Virus record (IMG/VR): IMGVR_UViG_3300031370_000004
Coordinates: 1-64,000 of that record
From: an uncultured virus (IMG/VR IMGVR_UViG_3300031370_000004)
Taxonomy: Duplodnaviria > Heunggongvirae > Uroviricota > Caudoviricetes
Strand: one strand, 5' to 3'
Length of the DNA: 64,000 nt
A program made the translations under genes and the position numbers. Each line of letters opens with the position of its first letter. The first letter of the stretch is position 1. Shown piece after piece: positions 1 to 10,023 of this stretch. The notes under the pieces are model-generated. The model was given only the letters and a program-made list of their open reading frames with translations, did no database searches and had not been told where the DNA came from.

Positions 1-1150
1 CCCGGCGCTCACCGGTACGCCAACAGGGCCGACCGCAGCGGCGGGCACTAACACCACGCAGCTGTCCACCACGGCGTTCGTGCAGGCTGCGATCACAGCC
101 CTGAACACCACGATCAACACCGCCCTGAACCTCAAGGCGCCGCTGGCCAGCCCGGCCCTGACCGGCACGCCGACCGCGCCGACCGCAGCGCAGACGGCCA
201 ACAACACCCAGATCGCTACCACGGCATTCGTGAAGGCGGCGCTGGCAGCCCTGGTGGATTCCGCACCGGGAACCCTGGATACCCTGAACGAACTGGCAAC
301 GGCGCTGGGTAACGATCCTAACTTTGCCACTACCATGACCAACCTGCTGGCGCTTAAAGCCCCGCTGGCCAGTCCGGCGCTCACCGGCACGCCGACCGCG
401 CCGACCGTTGCGCAGACCGTCAATAACACGCAGATCGCTACCACGGCATTCGTGCAGGCCGCGATCGCCGCGCTTAACACCACGATCAACACCGCCCTGA
501 ACCTCAAGGCCCCGCTGGCCAGCCCGGCGCTCACCGGCACGCCAACCGCACCGACCGCAGCGCAGACGGCCAACAACACCCAGATCGCCACCACAGCATT
601 TGTGAAGGCGGCGCTGGCAGCTCTGGTGGATTCCGCACCGGGAACCCTGGATACCCTGAACGAGCTGGCAACGGCGCTGGGCAATGACCCTAATTTCGCA
701 ACAACAGTCACTAATGCGTTAGCGGGTAAGCAGCCTATTCATGCGGCATTAACGTCTTTCTCAGGGCTTGTTGGAGCTGCCAATAAGTTGCCTTATTTCG
801 TCGGTAAGGATCTATTGGTGTTGGCCGACTTTACGGCTTTTGCTAGGACCTTACTTTCACGCAGTAGCGCAGCGCTGGTACGCGCGGATTTGAACATTCT
901 TTCAGGTCCAGGTTGGTACAAGCTAGGCGATCTACTGATCCAGTACGGAACAATAGATTTCACTGGTGCAACAACCAAAACAGTCAACTTCCCAATCAGA
1001 TACCCAACAAAGGTGGATCAGGTAATTGTATCTGATGCGGGATGGGGTGGCGGGAATACGTGGGGCGCGACCGAACAACAACCGATCGGCTTCACTGCAC
1101 ATGTCAATGTCGCTGATGAGGGCGGTCAGTGGATTTCTTTCGGGAGCTAA
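1..1150 (+). CDS. Tail fibre protein, 5'-truncated by the window edge
   Basis: Repeated KAPLASPALTGTPTAPT...TQIATTAFV and SAPGTLDTLNELATALGNDPNFATT motifs typical of phage tail fibres. C-terminal LLIQYG...TVNFPIRYP gp53-like domain. Followed by an assembly chaperone. Confidence 0.9.
   Translation, partial: PALTGTPTGPTAAAGTNTTQLSTTAFVQAAITALNTTINTALNLKAPLASPALTGTPTAPTAAQTANNTQIATTAFVKAALAALVDSAPGTLDTLNELATALGNDPNFATTMTNLLALKAPLASPALTGTPTAPTVAQTVNNTQIATTAFVQAAIAALNTTINTALNLKAPLASPALTGTPTAPTAAQTANNTQIATTAFVKAALAALVDSAPGTLDTLNELATALGNDPNFATTVTNALAGKQPIHAALTSFSGLVGAANKLPYFVGKDLLVLADFTAFARTLLSRSSAALVRADLNILSGPGWYKLGDLLIQYGTIDFTGATTKTVNFPIRYPTKVDQVIVSDAGWGGGNTWGATEQQPIGFTAHVNVADEGGQWISFGS
79..700 (+). 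repeat. In-frame 372-bp (124-aa) tandem duplication within the tail fibre gene
   Basis: CGTGCAGGC(T/C)GCGATC... begins at both 79 and 451. The copies are near-identical until ~700. Confidence 0.9.
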
Positions 1151-1151
1151 T

Positions 1152-1589
1152 ATGAGTGAATATGTTTATAGCGCAAATGAGAATGCATTTTTCCCAAACT
1201 CTTTAAGAGATTCTTATGAGCAGGCTGGAACATGGCCTTTCGACGGGTTGGAGGTGAGCATTGAAATTGCTGGCGAATTTATGGGAAATCCTCCCCCTGG
1301 TAAGCAACGTGCCGCAGGGGCTAACGGAATGCCCTGTTGGGAGGACATTCCACCACCCACGCCTGAGCAGACAAAAGCGGCGGCAATTGCAAAAGCAACA
1401 GCCTTGCGCAAAGAGGCGGATTCGGTAATAGCCCCCCTGAAAGATGCATTAGACGGCGGTTATATTGACGAGAAAGATAAACCCTGGCTGATGGAATGGC
1501 AGAAGTATCGATATGCTCTAACGAAAATCGACCCTTCCACTATTCAGGCCGACGAATGGCCTAAAGCACCGGTAGAATCGGCCACATAA
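1152..1589 (+). CDS. Tail fibre assembly chaperone (Tfa-like)
   Basis: ATG at 1152 directly after the fibre stop. YSANENAFF...GMPCWEDIPPPT...WQKYRYAL...WPKAP signature. Confidence 0.88.
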   Translation: MSEYVYSANENAFFPNSLRDSYEQAGTWPFDGLEVSIEIAGEFMGNPPPGKQRAAGANGMPCWEDIPPPTPEQTKAAAIAKATALRKEADSVIAPLKDALDGGYIDEKDKPWLMEWQKYRYALTKIDPSTIQADEWPKAPVESAT

Positions 1590-1595
1590 TCTCTG

Positions 1596-1622
1596 AAGCC
1601 ATGGGTATGTCCATGGCTTTTA
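1596..1622 (+). terminator. Rho-independent terminator
   Basis: AAGCCATGG-N6-CCATGGCTT followed by T residues. Confidence 0.7.
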
Positions 1623-1833
1623 ATTCATACCTATCAGCTATTCATTCATCATGTAAACGGCTGTAATTAGTAGGCCTTTCATCCTAAGCCCTGCCAAACG
1701 AAACTTGTTCAATGCGAAATGCATGCACCCACCAGCAACAAACACGAATCTTTAATTTTCATATAAAAACACCTACCGCACATTCGATACTCTACGACCA
1801 TCACGGCAATGGCCATAAAGGGGGGTGTGCGTG

Positions 1834-2184
1834 ATGTTCCCAATAGATGCGGAATTGTCACATGTTGCCGTCGTTCTGTTGTTGTCGGTGCTAAGCGGAA
1901 TAGGCGCATTTCTGCACGGACGGCGAGAGGGGAGGCTGACAGGCTCGAGTTTTAAGGGCCTGCTGCTCGACTTCATGACAGAAATCATCATCGCGGTAAT
2001 TGCTGGCCTCATTGCGTTCTACATAGGCCAGATCCGGCAGCTTGATAAGCCACTGATCTACTTGTCAGTGCTGCTGGCAAGTAACAACGGGCAGGAGATG
2101 ATCAGCACAATTAAACGCCTCAATATGGACACCATTGTGCAGGTCATTTCCAAAATACTGACTAAAAAGGGTACGGAAAAATGA
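1834..2184 (+). CDS. lydA: Holin, LydA-like
   Basis: Small protein with 2-3 hydrophobic segments, first in the dar operon as in P1. Confidence 0.7.
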   Translation: MFPIDAELSHVAVVLLLSVLSGIGAFLHGRREGRLTGSSFKGLLLDFMTEIIIAVIAGLIAFYIGQIRQLDKPLIYLSVLLASNNGQEMISTIKRLNMDTIVQVISKILTKKGTEK

Positions 2185-2606
2185 TCGAGTATGTCGTTGC
2201 AGCATTGAGCATTGCCGCAGTAATTGACAGGTTCGTTATTCGCCGGACAGCCGTTACAGACCTGCTGCTCGGAGAGCTGGAGTTTACTTCACAAGCCGTC
2301 AGGATCCCATTTTCATTTCGTCCTACGAGAAAACGCTTTCGCGGGGCTCAGGTATCGTATGACTTTCGGGACGTAAAAAACCCCACAACTGTCATTACAG
2401 GTCGCAGTCGCCCACTTGAGCGGGGAATGAGGGGGGTGAACAGCGAATATCTTTATATATCACGCCAAAAAATTCACTCACCTGGCAAGTGGATCATGAC
2501 GGTTCGGGTAGTTCATGGAGACTCTCTATGGAATCCCTTATACCGGATATTCCCGATGGAGTATGTGGAAAGCCGTATTTGTACTATTGATAGCCTTGAG
2601 GGGTAA
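2181..2606 (+). CDS. lydB: Antiholin, LydB-like
   Basis: 141 aa, N-terminal hydrophobic helix, overlaps lydA. P1 synteny. Confidence 0.65.
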   Translation: MIEYVVAALSIAAVIDRFVIRRTAVTDLLLGELEFTSQAVRIPFSFRPTRKRFRGAQVSYDFRDVKNPTTVITGRSRPLERGMRGVNSEYLYISRQKIHSPGKWIMTVRVVHGDSLWNPLYRIFPMEYVESRICTIDSLEG

Positions 2607-2607
2607 T

Positions 2608-3234
2608 ATGTCTTTAGTTTCTAGAAATGGGAAAAGTTATGCCTCCCTTGATTTCTCTCAAATAACGGAGAAAGGGCTTAAGCCCCTTATTGATGCGTTA
2701 AACCGAAATAACGTTACCGTAATTCAAACCTCTGCCAGCAATAAGGCAACGCGGAAAGATTCGATTCAGGTAAAGCAGGCAACAATCACGCTTCAGGATG
2801 GGCAGGAGTTACTTTTCCAGATCAACGATACCGGCGATATTTCAATGGTGAAGCTAAACGGGAAAGTCATTCCGGTACACATTGGTGAGAGCATTGCTGA
2901 TGTAGCCCGTTCAGCTGGCACCGCCGCAGCCCGGAACTCCAAAAAATTCACCGATGCTTTGGCGGCTAAAGCCAAAAGAGCCATCAGTGCTGACCTCAAT
3001 AAAAAAGCTTCTGTTAAATCAACTGCACAGCAAATACAGGAAGTGAAAGGCCAGTTAGCAGATAAAAAAACGTCAAACATAGCTCTTGAAGAGCAAATTA
3101 AAGGCGTGTCTTCGCAAAAAGACAAATTATCAGCACGAATAGAGCAAGCTAAAACGGAATTAGCTCAGGAGAAATCAACGGGCACGCAGCTTGAGATGCA
3201 ATTAAAAGAACTGGAGAAAACGCTTAATGTTTAA
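2608..3234 (+). CDS. hdf: Hdf-like (DarA N-terminal-like domain) antirestriction/head component
   Basis: LQDGQELLFQINDTGDISMVKLNGKVIP motif and C-terminal coiled coil. Lies between lydB and darA. Confidence 0.75.
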   Translation: MSLVSRNGKSYASLDFSQITEKGLKPLIDALNRNNVTVIQTSASNKATRKDSIQVKQATITLQDGQELLFQINDTGDISMVKLNGKVIPVHIGESIADVARSAGTAAARNSKKFTDALAAKAKRAISADLNKKASVKSTAQQIQEVKGQLADKKTSNIALEEQIKGVSSQKDKLSARIEQAKTELAQEKSTGTQLEMQLKELEKTLNV

Positions 3235-5206
3235 TAGTGAGCTTATTAATCGTGATTGCGCTATTCGCATAGTTAATTTCCACGATCATTCACCGCGGCA
3301 GCTTACTCCCGATACTGTCGAAGCGTTGCTGGAGAGTAATAGCATTCTGGAAAAGATCACTATTCAGGATCTGGAAAAATCCAGCTTTGGCAGTTATTCG
3401 TCTGATGAAAGTGAAGCGCTGCTTGAAGCCATCTCGACAACACGTAATCGCATCGCGCAAACCATGCGCGCGTTTATACGGGCGCTCAATCAGAAAATGG
3501 GCGGTACCGGCATCACCGCTGGAGATGACACTGCTGGCAGCGCAGATGACGGTACGAAAACGTTAGGCGGGGCCAGTATCGGGCGGGTTCGTCGTGTTGC
3601 CGGCTTTGCTGTTATGCCTGCGATGATCTCTCTTAGTGACGGGCAAGTGGTTACCGTAATGTTCCATAGCCCATCCGGGGATCAAGACAAAATACTCCCC
3701 GGTGATGTCCTGGTCGCGTTCCAGTTTTTGTTAAATAAAAAGGACGTCACTCACGTTGTCGCGCCCATGGGCGGGCGCGATATGTCATTGGCACAGGTCA
3801 CGATGACGTTGTCGAACATCATCGAGCGCAACACGCAAAAATTCCAGCGGAACCAGAAACGTCAGCAGCGCATGAAAGCCGATCTCGCTGAGGCCCAGCA
3901 GCAGTTTGAGGCAGAGAATGAGCAGGAGCTGGCGCTACAAAGTTCTCTCGGGGAAGGGAAAGGGCAGGCGACCAACCTGGAGATCAGCCTTAACAGCCTG
4001 CAGGTGGATATTGAGCATCAGCAGGACTACAACGCGGAACTTCGTACCCGTATTGCGGAAATGAGTGAACAAATAAAAACACGCTCAGGCGGAAATGGCG
4101 GCGGGAACGTTGGCGATAATAGCAGCGCAGAAGGCCCAGCAGCTACAGTACAGCTGTCGGACATACAGACCGGCGCAATGTGGCCAACATTAAAAAAAGC
4201 CTCCGTAAGCGGTGCTAACGCTATCTGGTACACGCAATCGAATGAATTCGACATCAAAGCATCTGCCAAAATCTCCATCAACGGCGCAGCGCCCGGGGAG
4301 GCTGCCAAAAAATTATATGCGCAATATCAGGCAGCGCGCGATGCCGGTTACTCGTTCACGTATTTCCGCATTTCGGGGCTACAGGGTATTTACGTTTTCG
4401 TCAAAGATAACGAAGTGCTCACAAAGGCTGGTGCCATGGCGCTGGTGAAACCAGACGGAGATGCCGGGGCGTCTGATGTTGTGACTCCGCCACCAGCTGC
4501 TGATACCGATACTGCCAATGCCGGGAAATTCCGTTACGCGCTACGTAACCGTCCCGCCGGTATCGGCGCCGTGCCGCCAGGCCAGGCTGGATTGCTGCCA
4601 CGCCCTCCAGAAAGCGATCCGTATTATGAGTATGCCCGCCACGGAATTATTACTTATGACACCGCCTTAAGTGACGAGCAAATTTCTCAGTTTGAGCTGC
4701 TTTATCTGCCTCGAGTGGAGGAATACCCGCAGCTGGCCAAAAACTTTGCGGCTGACGCCCTGGGCACTTATGCGCAGCAATACATTGAGATGGCCGCAGA
4801 AGATCCTGACACGTTTGAAAAAACGGTACGCATTAAGTTCAGAAACAGCCTGCCGAATGTGGCCTATCCGCTGGGAGAGATGAAAGCCACGTTCCTGGCT
4901 GACGTAGTCGGGGCATTACAGGCAATGGTTCAGCCACCAGAAGAAGAAAACCCACCAGGCGGAGAGAGCGAGGCGGATAAAATGGCAAACCAGGCGATCG
5001 AGTATCTGAAGTCGGTAGTTGTGATGGCCTCCAGCGACATGCAGGAGATCCGGGCGGCGCGTGGCCATGTTCGTGAAGCTATCGCCACACTGCAGGCAGC
5101 AGGGCGATTTGATGAGAATGAAGAGCTCGTAAATCAGGCGGCACAGCGGCTATCTGATCTGCTGGTGGAAATCCAGCGCGCTGGCGCCGCGGGGGTAGCA
5201 GCATGA
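3227..5206 (+). CDS. darA: Defence-against-restriction protein DarA
   Basis: LSDGQVVTVMFHSP...FQFLLNKKDVTHVVAP N-terminal domain, coiled coil, FRYALRNRPAGIGAVP...RHGIITY C-terminal domain. Confidence 0.9.
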   Translation: MFNSELINRDCAIRIVNFHDHSPRQLTPDTVEALLESNSILEKITIQDLEKSSFGSYSSDESEALLEAISTTRNRIAQTMRAFIRALNQKMGGTGITAGDDTAGSADDGTKTLGGASIGRVRRVAGFAVMPAMISLSDGQVVTVMFHSPSGDQDKILPGDVLVAFQFLLNKKDVTHVVAPMGGRDMSLAQVTMTLSNIIERNTQKFQRNQKRQQRMKADLAEAQQQFEAENEQELALQSSLGEGKGQATNLEISLNSLQVDIEHQQDYNAELRTRIAEMSEQIKTRSGGNGGGNVGDNSSAEGPAATVQLSDIQTGAMWPTLKKASVSGANAIWYTQSNEFDIKASAKISINGAAPGEAAKKLYAQYQAARDAGYSFTYFRISGLQGIYVFVKDNEVLTKAGAMALVKPDGDAGASDVVTPPPAADTDTANAGKFRYALRNRPAGIGAVPPGQAGLLPRPPESDPYYEYARHGIITYDTALSDEQISQFELLYLPRVEEYPQLAKNFAADALGTYAQQYIEMAAEDPDTFEKTVRIKFRNSLPNVAYPLGEMKATFLADVVGALQAMVQPPEEENPPGGESEADKMANQAIEYLKSVVVMASSDMQEIRAARGHVREAIATLQAAGRFDENEELVNQAAQRLSDLLVEIQRAGAAGVAA

Positions 5207-5553
5207 CTCTGACGGCTATTGAACGCCTGGACCTTTTGGACCAGCTTGATGAACTCATGGTGAAAGCGAGTAGCGCAAAGGGCCTGGACTTACTCGATAT
5301 CAATGACCAGATCGACGACGTTATGACACGGCTCGGTTACGGCAGCGCGGCACCGACAGATGTGACGCCAGTGCCGGTGATGATCCCTGATTTGGTGACT
5401 GACTTTCTGGCCGATAAATTCGTTAATCAACCCCTGGACGATTTTCTCCTCACGCTCTACAAACTTGAGCAGTTTGTCGGTACTCAGGTGACATTCGATC
5501 AGGTGAAAATCCACTCGGCAAACTGGGTCGCCAGTGCCGGGCTGGCGGCATAG
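5203..5553 (+). CDS. ddrA: DdrA-like protein
   Basis: MTLTAIERLDLLDQLDEL start. Overlaps the darA stop as in P1. Confidence 0.75.
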   Translation: MTLTAIERLDLLDQLDELMVKASSAKGLDLLDINDQIDDVMTRLGYGSAAPTDVTPVPVMIPDLVTDFLADKFVNQPLDDFLLTLYKLEQFVGTQVTFDQVKIHSANWVASAGLAA

Positions 5554-5563
5554 GAGGTTACGG

Positions 5564-7732
5564 ATGTCAGTCTTTGATAACTTCCCCTATGTCGGGCATA
5601 CAACCACGATCAGTACCCTTGCCGGCCAGCATGTTGATGTCTCTTATGCTGTCGCGGAAGTAGAGGATCTGGTCATTTCAAACCGGCTCGATGGCAGCAT
5701 AAACGGAGATTATCCGCAGGAGTTACAGCCGCGCGATCGCACCTCACTGGAAAGCAAGCTGCAGGTTAATCGTATTGCACACAATCTCCAGCCAGAGGGT
5801 ATGGCTGAATCAGAAACCAGCGCAAACGGCGCACCGATAGTCGGGTCGGACCGGATTGTGGAATCCGGGAATGGCCGCACGCTGGGGCTCTGGCGCGCGT
5901 ACGCAAGCGATCAGGCTGAAGAGTACCGCAACTGGCTTCTGTCCAATGCCAGTGCGTATGGGCTGCAGGCGGATGCTGTTGCTGAGTTGGGTAAACCGGT
6001 GCTGGTGCGTATTCGTCTCACTGATGTTGATCGTGCCCAGTTTGCGAAAGATTCAAATACCCAAAACAGCGTGCCCGATAAGCCGTTTTTCGAAAAGGTT
6101 ATGCCCGGCAATCTGCCGATCGACAAGAAGGCGCTTAAAAACGCCTCTCAGCTGCTCAATAGCTGCAGCAACCTGGAACAGGTTATAAGCCTTCTGCAAG
6201 CTCTGGCGCTCGCTGGAGCCCCAGAACGAGACGGTTTTGCCTACCGTCTCGGTGTTACGATTAAAAATGCCACTGACACGCTGAAAAGAACCACCCCTGA
6301 AAATACTGCCGCGCTGACGTCATACCAGGGGCTGGTAAAAAGATTGCTGGGATCAGGGCCAGACGATGTCATAGCAAAACTCGACCATCAGAGTCGCCGG
6401 GATTTTTACGAGATCCTGGGCATAAATACTTACCAGACGAAAGCATCAGACTGGCGCATGCGCTTCTCCAACGGTGAGTTGTGGCAGCTCGGCGGCCTGC
6501 TAAAGCAATTTGCTGCTGCAGCGGAAGATGAGCGGCCTGACCTTGCTCGCCAGATGACTTCGTTAATGACTAAATACTGCGGGCGCGGTCGAACTTTCGA
6601 CATGACCTACCTCGGTGTGTTGCGGCAGCTCATACCTGCGGAAATGAGCGGGAAGCGCCCCGGCGAAGTGCATAACATGGTGATGATTTATTCGAAGCAG
6701 TTTGGTTCGAAGGCTTTGTCCGCAGAGGATGCAGATAAACGGATGGTCGAAAACAGTGCTGCCGGTCGTGCCGAACTTGAGAAACTGGCAATCATTGAGC
6801 GTGCGCGCGCAGCTCGCGATGCTATCCGTACAGAGGCACAAGAGCTTTCCGCGATGATGCAAGGTGCTCTAGACCAGTCGGAGATCCGTAATGCTCTGGA
6901 CTGGTCACCAGCCCTGAAGGGAATGACTAATTATGATCCAGCCAAAGATAAAGTATTTGGCGCACGCTACAGCCCTTTAAGCCATTTGCTACGCTCGATG
7001 GAATATGCGTCCACCCAGGCAACCATTGAGCGAATTTCCCGAATCAACCCAGCTGTAGCGCAGCGTATTACTGACTTTTATGCAAATTATCAGGTAGCCA
7101 GAGACGATATTAGTGGGGCCTTCAAAGCTCATATTGATGGCGTTATAGAGCGTTCACAAATTAGTGATGCCCAGGCTGATGAATGGCTTAAAACGATAGA
7201 TATCAGCAAAAGTGCGATCAGAGATTTTGACGCGCGCTGGGGGAAAGGATCCATCCAGGGAGAGCTGAAAAAAATTTACCGGTTGACCAATGGCAATCTG
7301 AAATCGTTACGGAAGATATCATTTAAAAAAAATGCCCGGGCATATGCCTCTGTATCAACTGGCGAGGTGGTGCTGGCAAGCACCAATGACCTATCGGTTT
7401 TATGGCATGAAGTCGGGCACCATTTTGAATTTTCCAATCCAGATCGGCTGGAGAAAGCCAAAGCCTTCCTGCGTAAACGCATGGGGCCGAAAGAGGGCTA
7501 TATGCTGATTGAGGGTACAAATGATGAGGCTGCGATAAATGACTCTCTGAGCGAGAGCTATATTGGCCGGGTTTACGGTAATAAAACCCTAAGCGGTACC
7601 GATGCAACGGAAGTCTACTCCATGGCTTTCCAGTGCATTTTGGATAAACGTTATTGTGCTAACTCGGTCATCAATAATGATGAACTCCTGGACTTCTTAC
7701 TCGGTGAAATTTCAGAGGTACAGAACGCATGA
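5564..7732 (+). CDS. ddrB: DdrB-like protein with N-terminal ParB-like domain and C-terminal zincin motif
   Basis: YPQELQPRDR...GAPIV...VESGNGRT N-terminus and LWHEVGHHFE (HExxH) near the C-terminus. RBS AGGAGG before ATG 5564. Confidence 0.8.
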   Translation: MSVFDNFPYVGHTTTISTLAGQHVDVSYAVAEVEDLVISNRLDGSINGDYPQELQPRDRTSLESKLQVNRIAHNLQPEGMAESETSANGAPIVGSDRIVESGNGRTLGLWRAYASDQAEEYRNWLLSNASAYGLQADAVAELGKPVLVRIRLTDVDRAQFAKDSNTQNSVPDKPFFEKVMPGNLPIDKKALKNASQLLNSCSNLEQVISLLQALALAGAPERDGFAYRLGVTIKNATDTLKRTTPENTAALTSYQGLVKRLLGSGPDDVIAKLDHQSRRDFYEILGINTYQTKASDWRMRFSNGELWQLGGLLKQFAAAAEDERPDLARQMTSLMTKYCGRGRTFDMTYLGVLRQLIPAEMSGKRPGEVHNMVMIYSKQFGSKALSAEDADKRMVENSAAGRAELEKLAIIERARAARDAIRTEAQELSAMMQGALDQSEIRNALDWSPALKGMTNYDPAKDKVFGARYSPLSHLLRSMEYASTQATIERISRINPAVAQRITDFYANYQVARDDISGAFKAHIDGVIERSQISDAQADEWLKTIDISKSAIRDFDARWGKGSIQGELKKIYRLTNGNLKSLRKISFKKNARAYASVSTGEVVLASTNDLSVLWHEVGHHFEFSNPDRLEKAKAFLRKRMGPKEGYMLIEGTNDEAAINDSLSESYIGRVYGNKTLSGTDATEVYSMAFQCILDKRYCANSVINNDELLDFLLGEISEVQNA

Positions 7733-8040
7733 ATGTTACGATCACGTATGGCGCTGCAACGGCCACAATTCAGTTTGAAACAGATGTGATTACTGTGCCG
7801 AACACATTCAGGCTGGTGGGGGATATTTCAAGGACGGATCTGCTGCACGATGTTTCAGTATCCGGTGCAAATGCAGCGATGGGGTACACCCTGGATGCAG
7901 AAGACTGCACCAGTTTAACATTGCTCAGAACTCTGGAGTTTATGGGTTACCAGGTCGCATGGCCGGAGGCGTGGCGCGCTCAGGCTAAAAGGTTTGACGA
8001 TGAGGAGCAGGATGCTGCTGATTTTGGTATCGTGAATTAA
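7729..8040 (+). CDS. hxr: Hxr-like protein
   Basis: 103 aa, last gene of the dar operon. Assigned mainly by synteny. Confidence 0.5.
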   Translation: MNVTITYGAATATIQFETDVITVPNTFRLVGDISRTDLLHDVSVSGANAAMGYTLDAEDCTSLTLLRTLEFMGYQVAWPEAWRAQAKRFDDEEQDAADFGIVN

Positions 8041-8112
8041 TCTCTGTTTCCTCAGGCATATAGGCATCCGTTTGGGGCCTATATGCTTTTCCACTGATGC
8101 TGATGAAGGCAC

Positions 8113-8365
8113 ATATCCACTTATCCACACCCTAGATCCTATAAAGTGATCCCACACAGATCCCAAACAGATCCAAAACAGATCCCCAGGCTCGTCCAGG
8201 CCGCGCCGCGTCTCGCTTAAACGGGGGTTGCCATGTGTCATAACATGCAAAACATGTGTCATGGCATGCAGAATATGTGTGACAGCATGAAAAATATGTG
8301 TCATAACATGCTAAAGCGTGTGTCACATCATGTAGCCTTCACGGTTATCCCCACTCTGTGTGTAA
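8113..8365. promoter_or_regulatory. Plasmid origin oriR: DnaA boxes, five GATCC 7-mers, GC spacer, five iterons
   Basis: TTATCCACA at 8121-8129. (A/T)GATCC at 8134, 8147, 8158, 8169, 8180. GC-rich 8188-8230. Iterons CATGTGTCATAACATG-like at 8232, 8253, 8274, 8295, 8317 (21-22 bp period). TTATCCCCA at 8345. Same layout as P1 oriR. Confidence 0.92.
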
Positions 8366-8451
8366 CGCTCATATCTATATGTATTTAAAGAGAAAATCAT
8401 AAATTAACATCTTCAGTTATAAACTGAGGACCAGGCCAAGGATTGAGCGTT

Positions 8452-9327
8452 ATGAACAACTCTGAAATTGATGCAATTTTTATCGCTGACGCGCTAAAAA
8501 ACCCGGAAGAAGTTGCCAAGCAGCTGACAGTTACCTCGAATTCGACGGTTCAGCCTGCTGTGCTTCTTCGGCTGGGCATTTTTGTTCCGGGAACCCGCTC
8601 AGTCGCGAAGGGTGAAAAGCAGGAAGTCGATGTGTCCTCAGCCTTTTCGAGCCTGGAGTTTTCACGGAAGGAAGGTTATGACCAGATCGTGATTCGAGGA
8701 GAACGGCTTAATATTACGACAGATTTCAGCGTGTGGATGGGTATCATCGCCGCGTTCAGTATGCATGGGATCAGCAGCAACACAATAAGCCTCCCGTTCA
8801 CTGAGTTCGCCAAATTGTGTGGCGTGGACTCCCGCCAGTGCAATGCACGCTCGCGCAAACGGATCTTCGACTCTCTTGCCAAAATTGGTACAAAGGTTGT
8901 TCAGTTTCATCGTCGCGAAGATGGAAAAAGGTTTTTCACGCATCTGCTGAAACTGGCTGAACTTGAGCCAAAGGAAGATGTAGTGCTTTTGCAGGCCGAT
9001 GAGCGCCTTTGGGAGATATACCAGGCCGACTACACCATTCTGTTAAGGAAGCACCCCTATCATCTCCTGAAAGGGAAGGAAGTGGCGCAAACGCTGTATA
9101 CCTACATCGCCAGCCTGCCGGATAATCCTGCTCCTATCGCTTTCAGCCGCATCAGGGAGCGCCTTTTGCTAACGTCATCTGTGCCTGAGCAGACTCGCAT
9201 GATTAAGATGGCGCTGGAATCCATGGCAAAAATTGAGTACATCGAGTATTCGATCAGCAAGAAGGGCAAGGAAAGCTTCCTGCTCATTCACAAAAGAAAT
9301 AAAAAACTCAAAGCGATAGATGCCTAA
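8452..9327 (+). CDS. repA: Plasmid replication initiator, P1 RepA/RepFIB-like family
   Basis: TVQPAVLLRLGIFVP, EGYDQIVIRGERLNITTDFSVWMGII and AQTLYTYIASLP motifs. Flanked by iteron arrays. Confidence 0.95.
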   Translation: MNNSEIDAIFIADALKNPEEVAKQLTVTSNSTVQPAVLLRLGIFVPGTRSVAKGEKQEVDVSSAFSSLEFSRKEGYDQIVIRGERLNITTDFSVWMGIIAAFSMHGISSNTISLPFTEFAKLCGVDSRQCNARSRKRIFDSLAKIGTKVVQFHRREDGKRFFTHLLKLAELEPKEDVVLLQADERLWEIYQADYTILLRKHPYHLLKGKEVAQTLYTYIASLPDNPAPIAFSRIRERLLLTSSVPEQTRMIKMALESMAKIEYIEYSISKKGKESFLLIHKRNKKLKAIDA

Positions 9328-9635
9328 CATGTGTCATAGCATGTAATGGGGCCAAAAATATGTGTCACAGCCTGTGCCGTGTGGGAAATGTGTGTTTCGT
9401 GATGCTCTGGGACTCATAAACATGTGTTAGGTTATGCGGGGCAGGGGGTTGGTGCTCTTTTTTTCGGCTATAACCCGCCTGGGAAGGCCAGTTTTGCATG
9501 TTATGACACACATTTTTCATGTAGAGCATGCTGTGACACATGGTTTTGGTGGTTAGCATGCCATGACACATGTTTCAGGTGTCCGCCACGCATGCTGTGA
9601 CACATGTCTCTCTTTTCAGCATGTCATGACACATG
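9328..9635. repeat. incA-like copy-control iteron array (~9 iterons)
   Basis: Direct copies at 9328, 9359, ~9389 (degenerate) and 9421. Inverted copies CATG(C/T)NNTGACACA at 9497, 9527, 9557, 9591, 9620. Spacing ~30 bp within each set. Confidence 0.9.
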
Positions 9636-9647
9636 TTTTGAATCATC

Positions 9648-9875
9648 TCAACGCCCGGTTAAGAGCATGCCGGATAAATCTGTGCCTTCCCCTTCGTGGT
9701 TGAATACACTCCCACAGACAGGCCTAATCCCCTCTACCAGTGAACCTCTTGCCTGACACACCATGATCGTCGGGTATACCTCATCACTGATCACCTCATC
9801 CTGATTGAATTCATTGCCGCAATGATTAACGAAAAGCATAAAACCAATAAAGACCTGGGTTACAAAGGGTAGCAT
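9648..9875 (-). CDS. Small cysteine-containing hypothetical protein
   Basis: 75 aa, AGGAGG RBS upstream on the minus strand, hydrophobic N-terminus. Confidence 0.5.
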   Translation of the reverse strand: MLPFVTQVFIGFMLFVNHCGNEFNQDEVISDEVYPTIMVCQARGSLVEGIRPVCGSVFNHEGEGTDLSGMLLTGR

Positions 9876-10023
9876 CGTGGAGCCTCCTGCAGGATATGGT
9901 CTGGAGGTTATAAAAGATTAGTGTTTATTGCAAAGAAAAGGCGCTTGCGCGCCTTATAACCACAATGAGTAAGTGAGTGCATTTCTGCGATCCCAATCTA
10001 ATCGATGTATGGCAGGAGTGAAA

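Noticed and set aside
1..1150. Diversity-generating retroelement acting on the tail fibre
   Set aside because: No reverse transcriptase in the window, and the repeat differences are not adenine-specific.
7915..8326. Minus-strand ORFs with MTH/CHDT peptide repeats (also 9365-9571)
   Set aside because: Artefacts of translating the iteron arrays.
8232..8332. Short regularly spaced repeats as a CRISPR array
   Set aside because: The 21-bp period leaves only ~5-bp spacers, the repeats flank repA and no cas genes are present. They are iterons.
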